From contig OZ076409.1 of the NCBI GenBank assembly GCA_964187785.1, positions 30,444,001 through 30,508,000 on the forward strand: a stretch of DNA of 64,000 nt. Direction: 5' to 3'. Within the stretch, counting starts at the first letter, position 1. Every line of letters begins with the position of its first letter. Position numbers and translations under genes: made by a program. Below are positions 35,901 to 46,658 of this stretch, in pieces. This DNA comes from Amphiscolops sp. MND2022. Its lineage: Eukaryota. The notes below the pieces were generated by a model that was not told where the DNA came from, did no database searches, and saw only the letters and a list, made by a program, of their open reading frames with translations.

Positions 35901-38900
35901 TCTTCGTTGTAAAACATCCAGGTTCTAATAGGTTCTAAGCCATTGCTATGCTTTGTTCATAGCGCTGAGCCTTATCAATTCTATATTCTTTTTCGCAGTG
36001 AAGCAGTTTGAATTCATCAAGAAGCTCATCTTATTCAGATGGAAGAACAATTGGTATTTTCCACTTCCAGAATGAAATTGTGCTATACTTTTTTTGAAGT
36101 TGTCCCTACCCGCTTTTCGTTCTCCTGGAATGTTAATATCATACTTCTTGTCATTCATAAAAATTTAGAAAAAGCCCATCTTTTGTTTTTCTGTATCATT
36201 TTGTTCATTAGTTAGAAAGTATGAAAGACCGGATCATTTAAATTGTATGAATTGCCACTGCTTAGAAAAGTTATTGTTGACCCTCTGATTAGTACTTGTT
36301 GATGAGGATTAGTGGGGTGAATTGTGAACAAAGTTGAATCAACATGCTCTAAACTAATTTGGTTTTTGTTTTTGTCATAAGAAAGTTTGGCAACTGTACT
36401 GACAATTGAACTATCTACTTGGGGAAAAATGACAAGATTGGTACGATGTAAAAAGCGCTTATAATTTCATCGTTTTCTTTTGTCTTTTTTAAACTGATTT
36501 TTCTAGCACTTCATTCAAAGCTTTACTAGATTTTTGTAATGCTTCAGTCTGATTTTCTAATGCTTGTGTAGTAGTTTGAGAAAAATCAGGTAGCGCTTGT
36601 ATTTGATTTTCAGAAAAGTTTTGTCGTTTAACTTGATTTTCAGTAACAGGTTGTGAAACATCTTCGTTATCAAAAAGTCTTGCTTCAAAAGTGTTTTTCC
36701 TAATCTTTCAGTTTTTCTTGAAAATTTTGATCCTTGCAAATATTTTAATTTTTCCACATCATTACGTTTATGAATTGAATACCCGTTTTAAGATTTTTTT
36801 CTAGATTTTTTTTTCGTAAATTTTCTTGACTTTGAATTAGTTCTAAAAACATTAATTTGAATCTTTTTATCTTAAAATCGATTTTTTTATTCAAACCTAT
36901 TGATTTTTACTTATATATACCCTTGTCTTCACGAACAAATTTTATAATATCAGGATCAGTGGCAGCAAAAAGTTTTGGATTTTCACTTGCTGCTGAAGTT
37001 CCCATGTTTGAGGCAAATTCTAGAGCTCTTCCAGATTTTGGTCTTGTAACTGGATTGCAGTAACGGTTCAAAAAATTCTTCCATATCATAGGGAAAGTCT
37101 TGCTTCCCAAGTTTATCTTCAAATTTTTCGGTTTTCAATCAGGCTTTTGTTTCTTCAACATTTCCTAGTTTTCCAGATTATCACGATTATGAATTGATTG
37201 CTTTCATCAAAACCTTTGATTTTGAATTTGGCATGTAATTCATTTGAAATTCAAGACTTTTTCCTTTCCTTTAAAAAATACATTTTCGAATTTAAAATTG
37301 ATGAAATTAACCCAAATTTACCCTCTTCCCTTGATGAACAAATTTTATAACAATAGGAGCAGTTGCAGCAATAACTTTTGGATGTTTACTTGCTGTTGGA
37401 GTTCCCATTTTCCCTGCAATTTTAAAGCTCTTCCAGAATTTGGTTTTGGTACGGGATTCCAGTAACGGGTTCACAAACTTCTTCCATATTATAAAGAAAA
37501 ATTGCTTCCCAAATTTATCTTCTATACTTTTGGTTTTCAATCAGGCTTTTGTTTCTTCAACATTTCCTAAAATTTCCAAATTATCACGATGATGAATTGA
37601 TTACATTTATTATAACCTTTGGTTCTGAATTTGGATATTAATCAAATTTGAAATTCAAGAAGGTTTTTTTAATTTCAAAAAAAAGTTTTTTGAATATAAA
37701 ATTGATCAATTCAACCCAAATTTACCCCTTCCTTTGATGAACAATTTTTTTAAATATCCGGAGCAGTCGCAGCAATGCGATTAAACTTTTTGATTGCTGC
37801 TCCAGTTCCTAGAATTGCTGCACTTTCTAATGTTCTACCAGCATTGTTGATTTTTTCTATTCAACATGCGTTGCAGCTTTTCCTAACAATTTAAAGAAGT
37901 CTCAGAATTCGTTTGCTCGTATAGTTTGAACGGATACTGTAATTGATTTATTTTTTTACACGTTACAAAGATACCTCTCAATAATTCACAAGTGCTCTTT
38001 TGACTACCATCTCCTTTTATATTGGACGTCGCAGTATAATGTTTACCACAATATGAGTTATTTTTTTTTGAAGTCTATATCATTTACGAAGAAGAAAGAT
38101 TGATGATTTGAATTGTGATAAATAGAGGCTCATTGTTGAAACTACTGGGTTTTACTTAGAGTCTTGGGGAAAAAAATGAATCTCGTCTCATCATGTTTGG
38201 CTCCTCTTTGTGAGCAAGACGGTGGCTGTTTTATACTTTCATAACTTGGAGGAGCAGTAAGGTTGAAAGAAATTAGCTTTTCTTCTCTCATCCCAATGAC
38301 AATTTATCCAACTTCAAAATCGCACTTAAGAGGAGTTTTGTCTACTGATGTAATCATAACTCGTGTTTCTGATTTATGAGTTCCTTCTGCGTAATGTGTG
38401 TTAAAAAATCCTTGGACTTTGCTGAGTTATGAATTTAAATTATTCGGGTTGGAAGTTTTTAAGGCTGATTTCAGTGATCTTGCATTAGTTTCTTCTTCAA
38501 ATAAAAAAATTAATCATAAATTTTTGGTTTATAGTTCTATTCAAGTCAACCAATTCATATACCCCTGGTGTTTACTCTGTTTCATAGAAGTCATTTTCAA
38601 TCTTAAAGGAAGCAATGTTTTTTGAAGATTGGTTTGATTAACGGGCATCAGTAGTTGATTTTTAATTAAAAGCTTCAATTGTTTTCTTCAGTTAGTCAGA
38701 GTCTTTTCTAGTCAGTTTTTTGTAGAAAAACTAATAATGATGATTTCAGCAACTTTTTAAGCATTTTTCAAAAATCTTATTCATTCTAAAAGTTAAAGGT
38801 TGTATACAAGTATTCAACGTTCATTACTAATTGAAAGTCAATTCCACAAATCCAAGTGCGTGGAAAAATTGTTAATTTAGAAGGATTTTAGGTTTGTTGT

Positions 38901-40561
38901 TGGTGGGTGTTATTTTTTGAACGGTATGATGTACTTCTAAACTTGTAACACCTAGCATATATTTTCAGACCAGTTTTCAGGGGAACATTGACTGAAAATA
39001 TTTTTTCGTTTATTCATTTTCGTTTTTTGAGGTTTAGAATGTGTATTTTCAACTATCAGCAACATAAATTCTGCAAGATTGAATAGAAGAGGGTCTTGTT
39101 ATCATAAGTTACATTCGACAGCTCCATTCAATAAGAACACATGTTCAGTTACTTTCAGAAAAACACTTGAATCTACAAGCGGCACTTTTATCTACAATTT
39201 TTTTGTCTTTTGTTTTCTAAACATTTTTTTGTTGCATTTTGATTGAGTTGTGGTTGGGACTGTTTTAGAGATACGATTTTGAGCTGATAACCGTTGTTTT
39301 TTTCTTTTATTGTTGATGAAACCAGGTAATATACGACTAAACCTGCATTTTTAAAGCCTTTCATTTGTGTGAGATTTAGAACATATAAACAATAAGAGGC
39401 GCAATAACTGTTATTTCTCTGAATTTGATATTCTGAATAAATACCTCTAATACTTTGATATATTACATTTAATGGAGGTGGGCAGTCATATGAATCTAAA
39501 TAAAACTCATCAACGAACATAACCCAGTGTGTTCCGTCAGTTGGATGTAAAATTACGATACCACTTTTAGTGATAAAAGCATCATCTCTCATTTATATTC
39601 CAGATGGAAATATCATCAATTCTTTAGGATTTTCTTTTGTTTTCACAAGAGAAGGTGCTTTATCTCTTAATCCATGTTTATCAACAAATTGATAATCCAT
39701 GTTTATCAAAAAAAAACAAAAAAACACTGTATTATACCTTTTAAAAGTTCACATAATGAAAACGGAGTATTGTAACTTTATAAAAGGAACAGTGTAATTA
39801 AAATTGATGCAAGTTTAAAAGGTAATAGACAAGACGAAAAAACAGAGGCGATGAACGCTATTTAAATCGGTAGTTGCTCCAACATTTTTTTCCATATTCA
39901 GGAAAGTTGATTTCGGCATTCAATTTTGTGAGATAGAAGTTTTTAATTTTGATTTTGGCAGTAGCGAAAAGGCACTTTTTTGCGTATATTTTTGGCAGGG
40001 TGTTCCATAGGGGTACAGTTTTTTTGAAAAAACTGTTTCTCAGAAAATCAGATCTACAAAAGATATTGAAGTAAAGAGTCTCGGTTCTGATTTGTTTTCG
40101 TATTCTGCCACTCTCCAGTTGAGAGTCTCGGAACGCCGGGATTAGGTTGTTTTTCCATTTCCAAAAGTATGATAATGATTTGTTTTTAAGGAAATATCGG
40201 ATCGGTGGATGTTGTTTTTGATCTTAAGATCCGATGATCGATCGTACTTTGTTCGATTAAAACACGCTTTTATTCCCCAATTCAGTTGTTTCTCTAAGGT
40301 CGTATTGAGATTTTCAGTTAAGTTTGTTATCAACAAATATTAATTCTTGATATTTATTTTTTTTTAATTTTGAAGAACAAAAAATGGCTAATTTTTGCTG
40401 ATTTGCCTTCTGAATATGTTTTCTTTGGCTGTTTTTCTAATCCGAGAAAACTGTCAGTAAACTTTATAATTGTGAAAAATGGCTGATTTTTGATGATATA
40501 CATTGAAAATATGCTTATTTTTGTTTATCTCCTGTTCCGAATCTGGATTTCCCATACTACT
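29915..40561. mobile_element. Heavily decayed related Polinton in inverted orientation
   Basis: Collinear remnants: pPolB (+, ~29915-33250; EQLEGSGF, LEFPMKVKDFPKFE, YLDTDS), MCP (-, ~33330-34090), 173-aa and 236-aa homologs (-, ~34300-34990), ATPase (+, ~35050-35560; FFTRGRQKDLDVY), 324-aa, 133-aa and penton homologs (-, ~35880-39130), protease (-, ~39320-39700; GTHWVMF). A TIR-like end finishes in ACTACT at 40556-40561. Confidence 0.92.
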
Positions 40562-40732
40562 GTCTGCCCAGGGGATACAATGGCTGTATTCAATTTTCTC
40601 CGATTTTGTTGGTACTTCGTATGTGCCGTTCATGGAAGTTAGAAGAATAATGTTTTAAGCAATCCTCAAACAATATTGTTCTGAATTGATGAAAAATTAA
40701 CCTCGTATGAGAATAATTTAGATAGTAAATAC

Positions 40733-40974
40733 CTTTTGGACTTCTTCGAGTTTATTTTGTAGGACTTTAGTGGCTGTGTCGGGATTTAATATTGGGTCTG
40801 AACTGCTGTTGTTCAAGTGCTCTTCAATGTCTCTCACGTTTGAAAACAACTTCTGCACTTCAGCTGTTGATGATGCCCTGTTGTCTCCGGAGACCGATTT
40901 CGACCAATCATAGGGTGAAGACAGCCTGAGAGAACCCCCTCGCTTGAAGGGACCCATATCTTTTTGATCTTCGC
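40733..40974 (-). CDS. CCDC102: Host CCDC102-like gene, internal exon (GEDQKDMGPF...LQNKLEEVQK)
   Basis: tttcag acceptor and AAG|gtattt donor. Phase is compatible with both neighbouring exons. Confidence 0.75.
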
Positions 40975-41137
40975 CTGAAAATAATTTCATTCGTTAAGAA
41001 TTGCTAATTTCAATTGTACGAAGGCTACCTTGTGCAATATAAATGATTCAATTCATCTTTGATTCGTTTTGGTATAGACCGATTTGGAAAATTCAGTGTA
41101 TAATATTATTTCTCTGTTATGTATATATTAAAAATAC

Positions 41138-41378
41138 CTTCGCTTGTAGGAATGATTCCAGCTTTCCGTTGGGTGCGTTCCAACTCGGCCTTGACCAGTT
41201 TTTTTTCCTGGGTGAGCTGTTCTATCTGCTGCATTGCTTCGTCCAGTTGCTTCATCAGGCACTTGCATTCTTCTCTGGCTTTGTTCCTCTCGTTCCTGAC
41301 CTTGGACCACTTCTCTCTCCAGTTCTGAGTGCAGTCTGACCACCACTTCATAGTCTTTTCTGTCTGCTCTGCTCGCGC
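41138..41378 (-). CDS. CCDC102: Host CCDC102-like coiled-coil gene, internal exon
   Basis: [37 protein letters not shown] matches the CCDC102A/B signature ([26 protein letters not shown]) as recalled. tttag acceptor and G|gtattt donor. Confidence 0.88.
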
Positions 41379-41475
41379 CTAAACCAGTGAATGGTTTGCT
41401 TATATACTCAATAAATTAAACGTCACTTGCTGAAGGTGAACTTTACGTGTAGTAATGAAAGCCTTCATTGTGCGT

Positions 41476-42810
41476 CATTACGACGCCAATCGGGGAAGTT
41501 TTGATTTTTTCAAGAATTGACAAAAGTTGGTTTTCTCACCTACCAAAACGTGTTTTCAAGAAATCACAAAAGTTGTGCACTTCAAAGAAAATGGTAGTGC
41601 CGCCAAAATGATTGAAGAATTCACACACTAATATTAGCAGTGCAAAAATGAAATTTTCAAGAAACGAGAAAATTGATTTGTGGATTCTTCATTTTAATGA
41701 TAATCTATGCTGCACGTGTAACATCATTGGTGTGAGGATTCTTCGCATTTTGTCATTTCTTGTTTACTTTTCTGAATTCTTGATTACTTTTCTGAATTCT
41801 TGAACACTTTTATGGATTCTTCTAAAAAATATGGTAATTAAATCTAACTTCTTTCTGGACTCATCAAAAACTTATCAGAGAGAGTTTACGCAATTTGTTA
41901 TACAGGGCAACGTATTTTTTACATGTAATAATACGCGCACAAAACTTTATATATGTGTCCAATGTAACGGCATAATGGGGGGTGGCGCAGTTGATAGTTC
42001 CCGTGGGTATGTAGTGGAGCTTGATGCGTTGTCTACCACTTGTTCGATCCCCACCCATAAACTTCCAGGTGATTCGATGCAGACTACTCTGCATTCCCTC
42101 CTCCACTGTATTGATTGAGCAGAAGAGTGTGTTCCGCTTCACAATGATAGCAAGAGCCCGCATGGAAGGATCACTGAGCCACTGCATCCCTTTTGATGCA
42201 CGGGACAAATAGAAATAGTTTTTTTATTTTGACAAACATGGGGGTATTTTTTTGAAACTTTCTACTTAAACAATTCTGAAGGCGTTACAAAATCATTTGA
42301 ACCATTACACTTTATAGGAAGTTTTAGACGGCAAACAGGGGATTTATATTCTGAAAACCATTTCAAAATATTCAACAAAATAATTCATATACAAACGGAA
42401 GGATCCACAAATTAATTTTCTTTCGTTGAATTATTTTTGGTTGTGAATTATTGGTTGTGAATTATTGGTGGTGAATTAATATTGGTATTTCGGTGAATTC
42501 ATACGAAACGAAGAATCCACAAAATTATAGTACCTCCAATAAGTGACCTAATTAACAAAGAATCCACGCCAACTAATAATTGCTTAGTGAAGAATCCACA
42601 CAATTTCAAGAATCGAGAGAAACAAGAGAAATTTCATTCTGGCGATTCTTCGCAGGTTACACACGGTATTAGTGCAAGAATCCAGAAAAATATTTCACTC
42701 CACTTTTGTCAATTCTTGAAACGCATGTGTTATAATGCAGTTCAAGAATCCACATAAGACTACAACAGATTTGTTGCAGTCACCGTTTTTCCCCGATTGG
42801 CGTCGTAATG
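41476..42810. mobile_element. Non-autonomous TIR element, CACTA/EnSpm-like
   Basis: Perfect 22-bp TIR CATTACGACGCCAATCGGGGAA, a 2-bp flanking duplication GT, and subterminal repeats (gtggattc on the left, gaatccac on the right). Confidence 0.8.
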
Positions 42811-43477
42811 GTAACTTTTAGTGCTGGATATGAACGTCTCATCCAAAGAGTTGCTCAAAGTATTCAACCCCATGCCCTATCAAAAACAAAGACAACGTTC
42901 TAAATTATTAAACATCAGTGAATGCGTTTCTATCAGGTAGCTCCCACTAATTACAACATTGCCGTTTCCCTCAGCAGTTTATCGCTGTAGGTCAGACGGA
43001 CCACCGGTCCTATAATCTACAAACACTTTTTTCATGCAAAACAATTCTTATTATTCAAGATACTGTACATATTTAATCGTTTCGTTACATTCATAGAAAT
43101 ACGTATATTGACGGCCATGTAAACCAGCAAAGTTTGGTGTATTTAGAAGTTTAATTAGAAGTAAAATGTATTATGAAACATTGAAAGCAACATGTAAAGT
43201 ATAAAGAAACGCGTTCGAAGTGATACTGTACTAGTCTATTCGACGCGCAGTCCACTCAATTAATTAACCAATCAGCTGCGAGCACGCACTTCGTCACTTG
43301 GACTGAATGTCCACAGCTTGAAATCATGTAATACTATTGCGAAATGTAAATACATACCTGTTACAAATAGTTGATGCTAGACTTGAAAGACGTACCGCCT
43401 TCACCCCCCAGATATACTTTTTGAATTCAACTAGGATTATGATGCTATTTTTACCTTGAACCCAGAAGGGCGTCATT

Positions 43478-44300
43478 GTGACGTCAGGGCCATAGATCTA
43501 TTTTCATATAGCGATTCTCATAAATTTGAGTGTCATGCTGAGTCCTCTATAAATACAAGCGCCCAAAGGTCGAGGGACACAATCCGAATATCTGTGTTAG
43601 TAACTGCTTGATACGAAGCGAAACTTATTGCGATTTGATACCTCTACCTTGCTCTAATTATGCGTTATATTCTTGTTGAATAAATGCATTAATACGTTGG
43701 ATATACCAAGTTCAATAATGTAGTCTTCATTAAGCAATTATTTTCTCATTGCCTTCCACCAGGAAGCAGAAGCAGAAGAGAAACGTTCCAGGCTGTCGGA
43801 CGTGATGCCTGATCTAGAAACGAGGGACGTAATGTTAGGACCTCACTCAAGAAACGAACTAGATAGCAATTTGGAGGCTTGAAAAAAAGTGGACATTGAG
43901 TCCAACATACCTAGTCAAGACGGGATTCAAAATAGCGATGATTTCGTTTCACTTGTAAACACCAACAGCAGAGAGAACAGTGAAATCACTATTGAAACTG
44001 CTAGGATACTCTGATGTTACTAATCAAGTTTCAAAAAACCTGAATGAACTGAAAAGAGACCTAAATTCCCATATATTAGAGTTGATCAACTCTGCTATAA
44101 ATGAAACAGTACTTCCATCAATCCAAAAAAAATATGGACAGTCAAATTACTGGCTTTTGGGCAGACGTGGATCACAGATCCAGTGGACTAAACAGGAACG
44201 CCGGAGTTAAAACCCTTAAGAATACCTGGTAAACCGAATTCAACCACTTATAATCAACGTAACTACACAAGAGATTCCCTGGGTAGTAACGAAGATCGTG
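43478..44300 (+). mobile_element. Possible LTR-like segment followed by a decayed retroelement ORF start
   Basis: TG start, TATAAA and AATAAA, followed by broken coding-like sequence. No partner LTR seen. Confidence 0.25.
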
Positions 44301-45567
44301 ACACTTAATATTCGCAGCTTTCACATAAAGTGAAATCTATTATTTGCGCAACCACGACGAGACTAAAGGACCTCAAGACTCACCATTATTTATTTAGTTG
44401 GCAGTTTGCGACGGTTCTGATACTAGAAAGACTTTACTTCCTTTCCCACGCTTTCCAGCACTGACTGAAACAAGTGAAAACTTGCAGTCAGCTACTTGCA
44501 TTTGCTTCAGTAGAACGAGTTAATTGCCCGTTCACTTATGGAAAAGCACATGTACCTTAGTTGGAGTCATTATTTAGGGAACATTTCCAATCGTGCTATT
44601 AAAGAAGCCCTGAAGCAGATCAACATACCCAAATATGAAAGTGTCGAATATACATCTGCTTCATCCAGTCATCTGGAAAGAAAATATTAATAAAATAAAT
44701 TAGTTAGCGAAAATACTGAGCAACTTCGGAATGTCATTTTCATTGTTTCCATCATTTTCTTGTCTGCGATTTTTTCGTATATTTCTCACTGCTGACCCAA
44801 ATATCAGGTCAAGAAAGTGTGCTTTCAGAAAGAGTGAGCTTGTTCAACTGTTCCCTCAAAAAAGTGCTTATCTATCTGCCTTTTTAGCTTTCTTCAGCTC
44901 AGAGTTTGTCGTCAAAATTTTCTCTCTGAAGAACAAATGCTTCGTTGGTAGCATCAGTCTCAGGCATGAGTTAGATCCATTGGCTTTTTACCTTCGAACG
45001 AATGGAAGCTTCAGTTTTATTGTTTGTGATTCAGAAAAATCTGTAATAGAAGTCTATGTCGATAATGGCGTGCACTAGCCTCGTGAATCAAACCCAAAAC
45101 TTTCCAAATATGTGAAAGACGTTTGGGTGGTTGTTGAATCGAATGATGACAGTGTATTGTTCAATAAAAATTCAAGTTTTAAAACAAGGTGTCTAGGCTG
45201 CATCATGGCTTGTCGCAAGTATACAACGTCTGCTTTCAATTTCCAAACCAACTGAAAATAATGGACTGCAATCTTGGCTTATTTAGTACAATTCTTACTT
45301 CCTTCCTTGATTCTACGTTTTCAGTGAAATCTGTTGTAAAACGGGAGCATCTGTCTTCTCCCTTTATTCTAATATCAATTGCCAGCTCTAAATATCATGT
45401 TGTAACTGATGATATCTTCGTGATCAGCCAGGGAGCTGAGACAGCCAGAAGAACTTTAGATCCAATTCTATTTCCCAATTCTCTCACTGTGTCTTCTTCG
45501 TTGACCAGTTTTAATACTGGACAGTCTTCGAAGCCTATTGAATCAACCTATAGTCGAATCACACCTA

Positions 45568-46012
45568 TACCTAGTACTTATTTATCTGCTAATCGCGATA
45601 GTAAATACCTGCTAATAGTAAAAGTTTTCATTTGCTAAAGATATAGTGCTGGTAAATACCTGCTAATATTTACAATATTTCTTTAATAAGAAAGGTTTGC
45701 GTATTTGTTGTATGGCTCGGTCGCTTCGCTCCTTTCGCCAAGTAGCAACATTGGGGCATAGCCATATGGCATGTCGCTCCGCTTCGCTTCGCTCCTGCAT
45801 TTAGGGCACTAGGGGTGTGTGAACATAGCTGACTACGTTATAATAAAAAATCCGACAAAATCTGACTTGCGTTTTTAGCTTAGTGAATTCAATTCGCTTA
45901 TATTCTTGCGTTAGCAGGTATTTACTATCAATGTTAGCAGGTATTTACTAAGAAGTATTATTAGCAGATACATACTGTTCATTTTATTAGCAAGCTAAAT
46001 AAGTAGCAGGTA
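45568..46012. mobile_element. TA-flanked MITE with internal GTAAATACCTGCTAA repeats, carrying the CGCTTCGCT repeat inside
   Basis: tacctagtacttatttatctgctaat pairs with attagcaagctaaataagtagcaggta. Two gtaaatacctgctaa on the left, two ttagcaggtatttac on the right, and TA on both sides. Confidence 0.7.
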
Positions 46013-46658
46013 TATGCTTCCCCCCTAAAGTCAACCTTCAGATGGAACTGTCACGAAGGCTTCAAATTCAAACCAGTCGCGATCTTGACTTCCAAATCGG
46101 AGGCTGACTTGCGCAAGAAGAAACGTTCTTAAAAAGCAGCTTGTACGTTGAAGGTTTGCATTGAATTCGTTGAGTACTGTCCTTTTCGTAAAGCGCTCAA
46201 CATTCCACAAACCAAAATCTTTTCAGTCATCTTCTGCTTCTCATATTTTGCGGAAATTGGAACTGGAAGCAAAAGCGGTCTGATGTAGTCTCTATCAAAA
46301 TATCTGCTATTCAGTCTTTCATATTCACCTTCAGCTGATTCTCCTGTTGTCAAGGAACTATTTCTCTTTTAAGACTGGATCAATAGATGACATTTTGGTA
46401 TCAAGATGAGAATAGTATCAATGGGCATACGCTTTGTATTTTGATTGGCTTTGGTTTTCCATCTCGAAAATTAATGAATACAAAATTTCAAAAAAAAACA
46501 TCAAAGCTCAAACTTATGATTCGTTAGTAATGCTCACTGTCAAATTTTCACAAAATTTTACATTTCATTACATTGTCTGAACAAGATTCAGACAAACGGG
46601 AAGATAGGTTTGGCAAGGTAAGTTCAGGAATTTTATTACCATTTTTGACAACCTCAGA

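Noticed and set aside
41980..42056. Functional tRNA gene (also 10420-10490 and 62270-62320)
   Set aside because: Only A/B-box-like motifs. I could not fold a convincing cloverleaf.
42000..42200. RING-finger remnant (CPVH...VILPCG) in the TIR element
   Set aside because: It needs frameshifts and lacks key ligands. The same DNA recurs elsewhere as an apparently non-coding repeat.
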